From contig OX337237.1 of the NCBI GenBank assembly GCA_946965045.2, positions 1,488,001-1,552,000 of the forward strand: 64,000 nucleotides of DNA, in the 5' to 3' direction. The stretch comes from Epithemia pelagica (Eukaryota > Protista > Bacillariophyta). Positions 1 through 11,041 of this stretch are shown in pieces; the stretch's first letter is position 1, and each line of letters begins with the position of its first letter. The notes under the pieces are model-generated. The model was not told where the DNA came from and did no database searches. It saw nothing but the letters and a program-made list of their open reading frames with translations. The translations under genes were made by a program, and so were the position numbers.

Positions 1-1119
1 GTCTTGCAAGGTTCCCAACGTTGTGGCGAGATTCGACAAGCTCGCTCGAGGAACAATGTCGGAATTGTTGATAATGGTTGTCACGTAGCTCGCCATGGAA
101 TGGGCCGTGGCCAGGTCCAAAATGGGCGGACACGCAAAGGCATGGACGTGCCATTGGGTTTCTTTTTCGTTCCCCGCCCTACCACACGGCAACCGTTTGG
201 TATGGAGCATCCAGCCCAACACTGCAGCCACGGCACCTCCCAACGAATGTCCGACCAGTTGGATTTGATAGCCCCGCGGCACGAGCGTGTCATGGACCAA
301 GTCGCCCAATGTGTCGGCCAACTGTCGTGCCGCCAACCAAATGCCACTGTGACATGTGACCATGGTACCATCTTCCCATTGGTGCACCCTAGCCGGTCCA
401 CACTGAACATTCGTGACCAGATCCTCCACACGAGACAATGTTGTACCCCGAATGGCAAGAATGGCGACCTTGTTGGCTTTGGAAAGGGCCACGTAATGCC
501 CCAACGAACCCTTGCTCGTATCATGCTGGACCAAGGTAAACCCCACGTGACGCAACTTTTCCTGCAACACCTCATGGCTCTCGTAGTAGGCCCACTCGGC
601 AAACTCCAAGAGGCGATCCAAACCTTGAATGTCGGCAAGCCTTCCCGGACGGCCCAAACAGTGGTAGAATAAAAGACGACTGTCCGTGTCCGAGTCCTCA
701 GTAGTGTCGTCACTCTTTTGGGCCAACAGATGGGTGATCATGGCATAGGGAACGATGCCATTATACGGCGCTTGTGAGTTGTGATTGTTATTGTCTCGAT
801 AGGATTCTTCACTACCTTTTGTATGGACGACACGACGGCGCAATGTCTGATTCAGGTTTGCGGCCCGGACACCAAGAACTGGGAGCTTGGACGCGCGCAC
901 AGATTGCTGCTGCCTTGACAAGCCACGCTTGCGTCCCGGTGAAATACAAGGATACTGAGTCCAACAACGACAGTATTGGAAGCATTGTCGAGAGGAACCG
1001 TGTTGTGGTGACCTCGTTCCACACACGGGGGATCGAGGAGGAAAAGAGTGAAGGTCGCGAACGAAAACAAAAGACTTGAATGAAGTGCGACAAAGTCCTC
1101 TCCAGGACGACAACAGCAT
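1..1119 (-). CDS. Class 3 lipase (alpha/beta hydrolase), 3' end outside window; absent from the ORF track
   Basis: Manual translation of the minus frame from ATG at 1119 is open to base 1: MLLSSWRGLCRTSFKSF...AILAIRGTTLSRVEDLVTN...HSGIWLAA...QLVGHSLGGAVAAVLG...VHAFACPP...TTIINNSDIVPRAS. GHSLGG nucleophile elbow, IRGT and DIVP motifs are typical of Lipase_3. The R/S-rich N-terminus could be an organellar transit peptide. Confidence 0.9.
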   Translation of the reverse strand, partial: MLLSSWRGLCRTSFKSFVFVRDLHSFPPRSPVCGTRSPQHGSSRQCFQYCRCWTQYPCISPGRKRGLSRQQQSVRASKLPVLGVRAANLNQTLRRRVVHTKGSEESYRDNNNHNSQAPYNGIVPYAMITHLLAQKSDDTTEDSDTDSRLLFYHCLGRPGRLADIQGLDRLLEFAEWAYYESHEVLQEKLRHVGFTLVQHDTSKGSLGHYVALSKANKVAILAIRGTTLSRVEDLVTNVQCGPARVHQWEDGTMVTCHSGIWLAARQLADTLGDLVHDTLVPRGYQIQLVGHSLGGAVAAVLGWMLHTKRLPCGRAGNEKETQWHVHAFACPPILDLATAHSMASYVTTIINNSDIVPRASLSNLATTLGTLQD

Positions 1120-1730
1120 ACGAATACGGAGAAATCAGAAGGTTGTCGATCAAGAAGAAGAAAACAAGAAGCACGAGCAACTGTTCTTCTTCTTTCTCGT
1201 GGACCAAAAGCAACAAACGAACTCGTATTACTGGTAAGGTATGGTGCTGATGGCAAGGATGAATCGTTATCACAACGACGAAAGCTGCCCCGTCGTTATC
1301 ATGGTATCTTTTTTTAGGGGGGGGGAATTCTTTTCCGATGCGATCTTCAGCGAGACAGCGAAAAAAACGCGACAGAGCATCTCACGCGGGTGGGCGGGCT
1401 TTTTAGTCCTGGTCCCACTAATGCGTATGTCAGAAGCTCGCCGGCGCACGACGATCGTGATGTCGACCCTATGTATCCATGGAAAATGTCCGTTGAGTCG
1501 TGATTGAATCTTTTGGATTGTCTGTCGTTATAAATATCGAGACGTGTGGCAAAAAATGAGACCACGGCAATGAGAAAATCATGGAGTTGAAAACAGGAGA
1601 GACCTCGTCATCTCTATCTAAAAGAGAACATGGAACACTCTTTGTTACCGTTGTGTCCATCCTATTGAGTGGCAGATTCACGTTCGATCTACCCAGCTAG
1701 AACCAAAAAGGCAACCTCACGTCAAGACAA

Positions 1731-1778
1731 ACACAACTGACTGAAGCAAGAAGGACACAACTGACTGAAGCAAGAAGG
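1731..1778 (+). repeat. 24-bp perfect tandem duplication (ACACAACTGACTGAAGCAAGAAGG x2) just upstream of the ShK gene
   Basis: Read directly from the sequence. Confidence 0.9.
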
Positions 1779-1811
1779 AAACCGAACGTTTCAAAACTCT
1801 CGTGTTGGACA

Positions 1812-3539
1812 ATGACAATGCCGCTATTCGCATCCTCTTCCGTGTCATGCATCCTAGCGACTGCTCTTTTCGTGATGCAACTCGTCTTGGTCGTCCGTGC
1901 GGACAATACCAACCACCTTTCTGGTCCCAGTACCAATAAAGCAAACTCGGTAGGATTGGAGTTTGGTGTCGCCCAATCCTTGGATTTGTCACTGCTTTCA
2001 CCATTGACGGCCACATCCAGTACTCCTTCCATACTTCCGACCAAGGAGGACGTTCTCTCTCGACTCAAAACCACAGTCACCTACGTAAAGAATATGAAAC
2101 AACTTTGTTTGGGTCAATACGACAAGTTCAACCTCACTCAATGTGAACTGCGATCACTGAGCCAAGGATTCGACGACAACCACGAGGACGCCTCTTTGTC
2201 TTCGTCCTCATCGTCTTGCGCCAACTTGGATCCATTGTGTACCCTGTGGGCAGCTCGTGGCGATTGTCAAGCCAATCGAGACTTTATGGCCTCCACCTGC
2301 GCTCCCACCTGTCACTTGTGCTTTGTGTATACAGCGAGTCGAGGCGAACCACCACGTGACCACCCACGCCACGAGCAACAGCCAGGTCGTCGTTTCTCTC
2401 CTCAAAACCCCTCCGACTTGAGAAAACTATTACATACCAATTATGAAAAGAAACAGCAGTCCCAAACCAACAAGACTCCAACCAACAGTACCATGGCAAC
2501 AACACAAGAAGACCAGAACACTCTAGACGACAAGGCTCAGACCATTGAATCCACAGTGGGTGTCGCCCAATTGTTTCATGTCTCCCATCTCGACGACAAT
2601 GGTGCGGAAGAATGGGCGACACTGATTCACCGTGACACCGTTCTCGCCCGGCTCCAACGCACCGAATCCTATGTTGAGGAACTGGAGCAGGTGTGTACGG
2701 GCCAAAATGATGACAAAGACTACACCTTGTCCCACTGCCAAATTCATTCCTTGTATCACGTCAAGAGTGGCACCGTGCCGGCCCATCCAGAATCGTCGTC
2801 GTCCTGCGTCAATCAAGATCCCTGGTGTACGGTGTGGGCCATTCGCGGGGATTGTGAATCCAATCCAACGCAAATGGCCAAAACCTGTGCTCCCACCTGT
2901 CAAGCATGCATGGTGTACACTCAGACTCAACGATCATCTCACAAGGAGGATATGGAACATGAGAATCATAACTATCGCCAACAACAAAGTCAATCGGAAT
3001 TGCTCAAGCAACTTTATGCCAACTACGACCACAAAAGCGCTGCCGATGACGGTCAAAACAGACATGATGCAAAACCGGATAGCCTCAGCACCAAGCAGCA
3101 AAATCAATCCGAACTCGAGAAAGGACTACAGGCAAACAAGAAGGACAACCGTGACCATGACCCAAATCACAGCAATGACGACGAGAGCAAGCGCAATGGT
3201 CCACAGGTAAACGACAACGTCAAAGAGCGAAATCAATCCGACCTGCTCACACGCCTAAATGCAAATTATGAAGAACGCCATCGACCATCCAATGGGAACA
3301 AGGCAGGTCAAACCTTTGGCGTAGCACAACGGCTCAACGGCCTTGCCATTGGACCCCAAGAATTACAAGCCAAGCTGGACGAAACGGCTCGATACATGCA
3401 ACAACACAAGTTGGCTGATTGTACCAACAATGATCCTCTTTGTACGTTTTGGTTCTTGCGAGGGGAATGCCAAGCCAATGCCGAGTTTGTTCTTCCACGT
3501 TGCGGACCAGCATGTCAATCTTGTACGACAGCTCGGTAA
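1812..3539 (+). CDS. Secreted protein with three ShK (ShKT) domains, no catalytic domain
   Basis: Hydrophobic N-terminal signal (ILATALFVMQLVLVVRA). Three six-Cys ShK motifs: CANLDPLCTLWAARGDC...CAPTCHLC; CVNQDPWCTVWAIRGDC...CAPTCQAC; CTNNDPLCTFWFLRGEC...CGPACQSC. Confidence 0.85.
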   Translation: MTMPLFASSSVSCILATALFVMQLVLVVRADNTNHLSGPSTNKANSVGLEFGVAQSLDLSLLSPLTATSSTPSILPTKEDVLSRLKTTVTYVKNMKQLCLGQYDKFNLTQCELRSLSQGFDDNHEDASLSSSSSSCANLDPLCTLWAARGDCQANRDFMASTCAPTCHLCFVYTASRGEPPRDHPRHEQQPGRRFSPQNPSDLRKLLHTNYEKKQQSQTNKTPTNSTMATTQEDQNTLDDKAQTIESTVGVAQLFHVSHLDDNGAEEWATLIHRDTVLARLQRTESYVEELEQVCTGQNDDKDYTLSHCQIHSLYHVKSGTVPAHPESSSSCVNQDPWCTVWAIRGDCESNPTQMAKTCAPTCQACMVYTQTQRSSHKEDMEHENHNYRQQQSQSELLKQLYANYDHKSAADDGQNRHDAKPDSLSTKQQNQSELEKGLQANKKDNRDHDPNHSNDDESKRNGPQVNDNVKERNQSDLLTRLNANYEERHRPSNGNKAGQTFGVAQRLNGLAIGPQELQAKLDETARYMQQHKLADCTNNDPLCTFWFLRGECQANAEFVLPRCGPACQSCTTAR

Positions 3540-4098
3540 GCTACCACAGGGCACCCTGTGACGAAAACAGAGTGGCTCACTAAACATCAAACAACGTTTT
3601 GGTGGGACACTGTGCAAAACTGGACAAATGCCAATGGATAAGTTTGTGAAACACAATTTTATACTTTGCAGCGGCATCCGTGACGTGAAAAGGAACCTTG
3701 CATCTGGTGCAAGAATCTGTGTCTGCAGGAGAAGCAACTCGTCCTCTCAGAGAATAACCATAATATGTGACACTACATGTAGAGAATGCCTACCAAAGCT
3801 ACTACATCGGTAGGAGCTTTCGTTTAGAGTCGGGTAGGTAGTCGCGGCACGAAACTTCTCTTTTCTCCAGACGCTTCAAAGTGAATTTCCAAAGTACTTC
3901 TTGCAAGTCGGGGCAACAATACAAATAGCAACTAATCCGCCCGCAACAGAGCGATCCTTGTGTGACGGTTTGCTCGTTCTTCCAAAAAAGTGATCCGTTT
4001 CTGAAACAACCTAGTAGGATGAATTGGCAAAGACATAACGTTGTGTATGTGTGTGTACACCCAAGAGACCAACCAACCAACCTTTCACGAAACCTCTA

Positions 4099-5472
4099 CT
4101 ACCGAATCTCCAAGACACGATCTGGTACATGAGTTTGATGCAAGGCTTGCAGTGCCTTGATATACTTGGCATGATATTCCTCGACCAATTCTTCGTCGGG
4201 ACGTTGTCCCCGGACGGCGGGTTGGGGTGTGACAATGGGTTTCCCAATCAAGACTTGAATGGGTTTGGCATACGGCAAGGGTGTCACAAACCACCGTCCA
4301 TGAAACAAGGGCACGGCAATTCCACACGTTTTTTGCAACCACTGACTGGCTCGTTGATACCACGGCCACCGTTGCGTATAGGTGGGAAAAATATCCGTCA
4401 ACCCAGCGGCAAAGACGGGAACGAGTTGCGCGCCATGGGACAGGGCCAATCGCACAAAGCCCTTGCGACCCTGCAACACGACGATATCTCGTCCCACGGT
4501 CGTGGTCAAGGATTCTTGTTCGCCTCCGGTACAGACAAAAATGGATCGACGACCCGTGGCCAGCACTTGGGAGGCCACGGACCGACGGGCATCGACATAG
4601 CCCATGGTGAGAAACAATTCGCGCACGACGGGAAGGGTAAAGAGAATGGTGGCGGCCAATCCCGTCAAGGCATGTCCCACCAAACCCGGAAACAATTGAT
4701 CAAAGTCGGAACCATAGGTGGAAAATTGGGCCAAGGCCAAACAATGAATGCCATGAGGATGCACGGCAAAGACATATTGGTTGGACGGTGGTAATGCAGC
4801 GGTCGGTGACCACGGCACAACCGTAATGGGAAAATACTGGGTATACGAGAGAGTCAAGGCATTGGCCCACCGTTCCAGAGTGGACCGAGGAGGAATGGGA
4901 GCTGCAAGCTCGACGTTTCGAGGAGAATCGTCCAAAATCAACACTTGAACAACGTAAAGGACCACCAGTGGCAACCCCACATACCAACCAAAATCGGTTT
5001 GAATCGAACAGGATGACGACGACGATGACCAGAACGAGAAGGAGGAGGCTTCATTCTGGTAGTCGTCACAGGTTCGACCCTGGACGTGTCGACAAAACAA
5101 GGTGTACCACGTGGTGCCATGATCGACGCCATACAAGAGTGCGGCAACCACGAGCGGGGGCACGACGGCCAAGCCAAAAAATCCACCGACCGTTGCTGCA
5201 GCTACAGTTGGTTCCCAGTCTGGACGACCCAATCCATACCGCAACAATACATGCCATGCAGCTTGCAACACCACCACCGGAAACCACACCACTTGCGACA
5301 TGATGGGCAAAGTCCGATGAGGAGCATACGGTTCTTGTTGTTGTTCATGGCCTTGCTGTTGTTCTTGTTTTGGCGTGGACGACGAAGACGACAAGGAGGA
5401 CAATGTCGATGACTGAGTAGTGGCAAAGGTCGCCTTGCTTTTATCCTCGTCGTCCTGTTTCTGCGTCGTCAT
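4099..5472 (-). CDS. DGAT2: Diacylglycerol acyltransferase type 2 (DGAT2/MOGAT family)
   Basis: FAVHPHG, GGEQE, RKGFVRLALSHGAQLVPVF and KPIQVLIGKPI motifs; N-terminal TM segments. First ATG at 5472. Confidence 0.9.
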   Translation of the reverse strand: MTTQKQDDEDKSKATFATTQSSTLSSLSSSSSTPKQEQQQGHEQQQEPYAPHRTLPIMSQVVWFPVVVLQAAWHVLLRYGLGRPDWEPTVAAATVGGFFGLAVVPPLVVAALLYGVDHGTTWYTLFCRHVQGRTCDDYQNEASSFSFWSSSSSSCSIQTDFGWYVGLPLVVLYVVQVLILDDSPRNVELAAPIPPRSTLERWANALTLSYTQYFPITVVPWSPTAALPPSNQYVFAVHPHGIHCLALAQFSTYGSDFDQLFPGLVGHALTGLAATILFTLPVVRELFLTMGYVDARRSVASQVLATGRRSIFVCTGGEQESLTTTVGRDIVVLQGRKGFVRLALSHGAQLVPVFAAGLTDIFPTYTQRWPWYQRASQWLQKTCGIAVPLFHGRWFVTPLPYAKPIQVLIGKPIVTPQPAVRGQRPDEELVEEYHAKYIKALQALHQTHVPDRVLEIR

Positions 5473-6618
5473 GGTCTCTCTCAAAAAATGAGAGACAACG
5501 ACACAAAGATCGGCCACCAATGCGCACGTCAGAATCTGTCGCGCTTTGTCCGCTCTTTCGCATCGGATCCGCGACCAACAAAGCTAGGACTGCACGTTTT
5601 AATTTTCACTAGGGTTAAAGTTAGAAATATTATAATCACCACCTCACCATGATGCTCCACATTTTTTGATGCCGCCGTTCATCAGATCAAGACTCGGATA
5701 GAGGTCGTAGCTTCGTGAGTGTCGAAAAACGTATACATTATATACAAGGTGAGTTTCGTGCGAAAAATCGAAGGGGCGGTAGAGATGAAGTCGTTCATCT
5801 TAGATGCTCGTTGTTTTTTTGCCATTTTGCTTGTGTTGCACCATTTACGTTGCTATTTGTCTATTTCACTTTCTCACACCCTGATAATGCTTCCTGTTAT
5901 TCTTCATTAGTATTAAAAGCGATGTGGAGTGGTGGGTGTGGAGGGGGAAGTGCAGCTTTAGATAGCTTACCACTCAAAAACAGCTCTGTTTGGCACGTTG
6001 GCACACAACAATCAACGCGCAAACGACGAAACAGAGGCCATTTTTGCGTGTCTGGAGCAACGGTAATGTCTTGTTATCTGTGTCTAACTCAAATCCCTTT
6101 TTTACGCAGGGCCGTGCATGATATTTTTCCAGGATGACTGCTCTGGAGACAACAAGCCAGAATAGAACAACAACCGCAGCAATTGACACAAACCCAGTCG
6201 AACCACTCCCTCTCCACAGTCCATGTCGACGGTTCCTAGCAACTCTTCGATGCAAGCCAATTTTGTACGTATCAAACAGCAACAGAAAGGCAGATTTCAT
6301 TGGCGGACATCTGCTTCGTCTTCATTGTCACGAAGACAGTTGGACCGTCACCAAAACAGCAAACAAGTCAACGACTTGTTTGAACGGGGAGGCGCTGGTG
6401 GTTGTGCTGGTTTTACCTTTGATGCCTTTGAGTTCGATCACTCGCAAATGAATGCCCATTTGAATCGAGCCATGTATGATATGGCCGGCTCCCATCCGGA
6501 AATTATGATGAACGGTCCCTTTCTCTCTTCCAATCTATCCAATGTGGGAGATGCCTCACTCACGCGTGTTGACACGATTCTGTGCAAGAACAATACCATT
6601 CAAACTCATTGCTCTCCC

Positions 6619-7926
6619 TTACACAAAAAAATTAGCTTCTGTGGCAGCACGCCATTGATCATGAGCTGCCGTTGCTTCCCCTCCTGGAAAAGCCTCAGGA
6701 TGAGTAGGGACGGCGGGATTGAATGGTAGAAGACTGTAGAAGGCTTGTCCTTTCCTGCCCGCCCCATCAAAATCGAGAAATAAGATTCGAACAGTGTCGG
6801 GTGGTGAGCCATCTTCTCCTTGTTGGACCTGGAAAAGACTGTTGGAGGCTCGCACGTCACCATGAACGAAACCAGCGTCGTTCATTCTCTGAACGGCGCG
6901 TTGCACCTGGCTGAGGATAAGCGGTCTGCGATCATGTGCAGCACCTAGGGCGGATTCCCATGTGCCACCGACTGCAGTCATTGTAATTCTTGTCCAACCT
7001 GGGAAGCTCGATTCCGAAAAAGACGGAGCTAAACCATGGTCGGTACACCATTGATGGGCCTCTCGGCCATAAGGCTCGCCCTGTCGGAGGTATTTCTCGA
7101 AGTTCCCGTTCCCTTGGTTAAACACAAGATTGTGTCCAACTCTGTTGGCTTCCAGCACGAGTGGAGCGGGCATGGTGGTGGTGGCGTGAAATGCAATGGC
7201 AACAATAAGCCGGCGTAGTGCACAGAAGATTGATGCAAGCTGTGCATAATGGAGACTAGGCATCGCCTGTAGAATCATTGAGTGATTCACCACCGCAGGC
7301 GAGAGACAAATGCTGTTGTTCTCATCCAGCGCCGCGATGGAAACAATTAGTCGATGCCCAACAACTTCGACAAAGATCGTAGGACGGATCGGAACTTGTG
7401 GATCTGCGGCGACAATGTTGGCCATATGGCCCAAGAGCTCAACAAGACTATCACCGCCGCCAGATCCACTGCCAAGTTTGTCTGTACGGATTAAAACAAA
7501 AAGCCTTGGAGCCACAAGTGTTTGCAAAAGAAAGCCTCCGTCAGTCTGTCCTTTCCTTTGTGTTCCTGGGCGAGGCGTGGCATTGCCTTCAATTTGTACT
7601 CCCAACAGGTTCGAAAAGCACACATTCAAGGCCGCCGTGTAGTCTTGTTCGCTGGTGTACCTTGCAGCCACGCAACGAAGTAGCTCGGGTATGTATTGGA
7701 AGAAATTCGCAGGAGGAGAATTTTGAGGAAAAATCATGCGAGGGTCCGTTCGCGAGAAAAGAGGACGCGACACATCGTGGAGAAATTCTTGGAAGGGCAA
7801 GTAAATGATTTCAGGAGGAATTCGAGGCTTGTTGACGCTCCCATCGGAGGCGAAAGCGTTGAAACGCAAATCGTCTAGTGCTTGTCGATTTTGGTAATCA
7901 AACAAGCGGGAAGCTGGGACGGTCAT
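6619..7926 (-). CDS. Crinkler (CRN/CR-effector)-type protein: degenerate restriction-endonuclease-like domain plus atypical protein kinase
   Basis: Kinase motifs YGREAHQWCTDHGLAP, FVHGDVRASN, LFLDFDGAG...Y. Upstream are QTDG...IRTDKLGSGSGGGDS (DG...ExK-like) and PPEIIYLPFQEFL. Confidence 0.7.
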   Translation of the reverse strand: MTVPASRLFDYQNRQALDDLRFNAFASDGSVNKPRIPPEIIYLPFQEFLHDVSRPLFSRTDPRMIFPQNSPPANFFQYIPELLRCVAARYTSEQDYTAALNVCFSNLLGVQIEGNATPRPGTQRKGQTDGGFLLQTLVAPRLFVLIRTDKLGSGSGGGDSLVELLGHMANIVAADPQVPIRPTIFVEVVGHRLIVSIAALDENNSICLSPAVVNHSMILQAMPSLHYAQLASIFCALRRLIVAIAFHATTTMPAPLVLEANRVGHNLVFNQGNGNFEKYLRQGEPYGREAHQWCTDHGLAPSFSESSFPGWTRITMTAVGGTWESALGAAHDRRPLILSQVQRAVQRMNDAGFVHGDVRASNSLFQVQQGEDGSPPDTVRILFLDFDGAGRKGQAFYSLLPFNPAVPTHPEAFPGGEATAAHDQWRAATEANFFV

Positions 7927-8335
7927 GCCGATGAGGAGCCTTCAAGATACTTTGACAGTGAATGCACCAGCAGGCTCTTCCTGTCGCGGAATGTCGAAGA
8001 AAAGTCGGACGCCGGACTGACGAAATTGATCTCTTTAACGTAACGTATCCGTTATCCGTTTTGCAAACTTGGCATTTCCTTTTTGTTCCCGCTTCCCGCG
8101 CCCAAAGGAATGCACGCAAGCCTCTAGCCGCGCGCGGCGGACATTCGAAGGAGAAACGAAGGAGAGCCAAAGGGTATCATTCCATTGTGTTGATTCTTCC
8201 CCATCTTCCATCCAAGACGCTTTGGTCTATTATTGCTGGCATTCCACCTGTTCTCTGTTGGGTTCTTTTTTCTTACAGCTAGTGCCAAGATAGATTTGTT
8301 GTACCAAGAAAGGTGCCTTTGGTTGGGAGACGACC

Positions 8336-10606
8336 ATGACAACCACCACAACACCATCATTCTTCTTCGTTCGGTCCCTGGTTCGTTGCTGGTTGGCCAT
8401 GGCCCTATTGTCCCACACCGCCTTGGCGACGGCCACCTGGACCAACACTCAGCCCGAGTATTCGGCGGCATCCTGGTCTTCCTCCTCTGCTAAAGTGGAG
8501 GAGTCGTTGGACCAAACTCATTATCATTCGTTGTGGTCGTCGTCGCGGCAGCCTGGGATCAACGCGAGTAGTGAGTGTGGGCCGACCACCACCACCAACG
8601 AGTCGCACGTTCCGAGCGGCAACAACGAGAGCAACCTTGTATTGGATGGATCCACGTTTGGAGTCGTACAGACGTTGCGACGGGCGGACGAACCAGAGTC
8701 GCACGACGACCAAGTAGTTGCCGCCCACCTGCAGGAAACGGCACGGTATATGAGGATGCAGGTCCAACCTCCGTCCCTTGACAACAACGACGACAACGAC
8801 TGCCGCAATCGCCATGAAGATTGTACCCTCTGGGCGGTACAAGGGGAATGTCAGGTCAACCCCAATTACATGGCCTACCAGTGTGCCCCCGCCTGTCAAA
8901 CCTGTCACTGGTTATTGTTGGAGGAGGAACCGGACGAGGCATGGCCACACAAAGAAGAAGAAGACGAAGAGGAAACTATGAATCCTGAGTTGGAGACTGG
9001 CGACTTGGAGTATGAATGGAGCGTCTCCTTTGGCGTGGCACAACACTTGTTGGATGCCACGGGACAAATCTCCCGACAACGGTTGCGGGTCCAATTGGAG
9101 GAAACCTCTCGGTACTACCGACAACTAGCACAACAACCACCACAAGGCGGCCTCGACACGGATCCTGCACCAACCGTCGTGCCCTGTGCCAATCACAACC
9201 CATGGTGTACGCTCTGGTCCCTGCGAGGAGAATGCCAACGCAATCTCCGGTACATGACCCACAACTGTGCTCCCGCCTGTCACGTGTGCCCCACGAAATG
9301 GGACCCAATCGATACTGATCATGATTCCGAACAAGCCATGGAGGATATATACGAGGAAGAAGAAGAAGGTCCTGGATCGGATTTTGGAGTGGTTCAAGTG
9401 TTGTCGGACCTCGACTCGCAAGACTGGGAGGAGGAGGACGAGGAGGATCCCATGGACCAAGCTCAACGCCGCAGGGCCTTTGCGGTGCATTTAAAAGCCA
9501 CCCAGACCTACATGACCCACACCGTGTGGCCCGATCCCGCCTATGAATCTGTCTGGGAGTCGTGTCGCAATCACCATGCGTCGTGTACGGAATGGGCCGC
9601 CTTGGACGGAACCTGCACGACGCATCGGGGATACATGTACCGTCAGTGTGCCCCCGCCTGTTTAAAGTGTGAAATGGTGCAGTACCAGACCCGTTGTGCC
9701 GCGGATCCTCACGATCCCAATGCCTGGTCCCACCCGGGAGACTTGAATGGAATGTTTGAACGCATTGTTTCCACCTACCCCAATGTCACTGTCGTGTCGC
9801 AGCCACGGACGCCCCTCGACACTACTCTCCCAACCATTGACGACGACAACAACAACAGCACTTTCCAGAATACCACGACGCCACTCGACGGACCATGGAT
9901 TGTCATTCTGGATGACTTTATCAGCACCGAGGAAGCCGAGGCCTTGATCTTGGAGGGAACCCAGCAGGGTTATGACCCCAGTCAGGGCGTTGGCAGCGTG
10001 GACGAGGCGACGGGAGAGTATCAAGAAATCGTGACGCGTCGTCGGACCTCCACCAATACCTGGTGCGAACAAGAGTGTCAAGCCAATCCTCTCGTGGCTC
10101 AAGTGTTGGATCGATTGGTCCAGCTCACTGACTTGCCCTTGGACCATTCGGAATCCTTGCAATTGCTCAAATGTAAGTCGTTGTGTTGTGTATGTATACT
10201 GGTATTGCCTTGTACGTGATGGCGAGTGGGTCTGACTCGTTTCATGACATGTTTGTCGTTTATCATGTGGCATTCAGACGAAGAAGGCGAATTTTATGGC
10301 ACACACCACGATTACATTGCCCACGATCGCGACGCGATTCAAGGACCTCGCATATTGACCGTTTTCTTGTACTTGAATCATGTGGAAGAGGGGGGAGAAA
10401 CCCGGTTTGACTATTTTGACGACACCAGAGTCCAACCCAAACCCGGACGAGCCGTGGTGTGGCCCAGTGTCTTGGACGAATCGCCCATGGACCGCGACGA
10501 CCGGACCTACCACGAAGCCATGCCCGTCGTGCGAGGACGCAAGTATGGTGCCAATGCCTGGTTTCATCAACGAAGCTGTGCCAAGGCCGAAGAACTGGGA
10601 TGCTAA
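8336..10606 (+). CDS. Prolyl 4-hydroxylase (2OG-Fe(II)) with three N-terminal ShK domains; 2 exons (8336-10172, 10278-10606)
   Basis: Signal peptide and 3 ShK motifs. A GT-AG intron at 10173-10277 joins LLK-Y-EEGEFYGTHHDY. Also RILTVFLYL, GGETRF, HEAMPV, GRKYGANAWFH (HxD...H...K intact). Confidence 0.92.
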
Positions 10607-11041
10607 AACCCTTTTTGTAGGCAAATACCAAAGGGGCAGAACGGATATCTACGGTCTAGGTAGTTCATGTACCAGTCTCTGGTCTTTTGCAGTCCCCTGG
10701 CGCGACACATGCAGCGCTTCACCTAATTAATGGCTTTTGTTCTACTTTTAACGACTCTTACCTGCTAACAAGACTAAATTGTAATAACCCTTGCAATGAC
10801 ACGGATCAAGATCAAGACGGCACTCCTTCCAGTCGCGACTGGTCGGCGCGCGGATGCAACAATACGAACTCTCCTTTTTCTCGCTCTCAACTGATGCCAC
10901 AACCACGACAAGAAGTCATCGCAAGAAAAGGGGCAACCCTCTAGCATCAGCATTCAGGCATTCCAAAGACCAAGAAACGTGGGTTACCACATTGAACAAC
11001 GACATCCCTTGCGGTCTGTCACTCATACTGAGAGTTCCATC

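Noticed and set aside
4-713. ORF-track ORFs 4-672 (+) and 81-713 (-)
   Set aside because: Antisense or off-frame shadows of the class 3 lipase, which occupies a different minus frame with no stop in the window.
3533-3545. Possible splice donor (CG|gtaagc) extending the ShK-only gene to a P4H exon
   Set aside because: No P4H-like coding sequence exists between 3540 and the DGAT2 stop at 4099.
5585-6130. AT-richer intergenic stretch with hAT-like starts (TAGGACTGCACG, CAGGGCCGTGCA)
   Set aside because: The two motifs are not inverse partners and I found no TSD.
6134-6729. ORFs 6134-6451 and 6223-6729
   Set aside because: No recognisable motif, and the longer ORF overlaps the end of the CRN-like gene; could be coding but unsupported.
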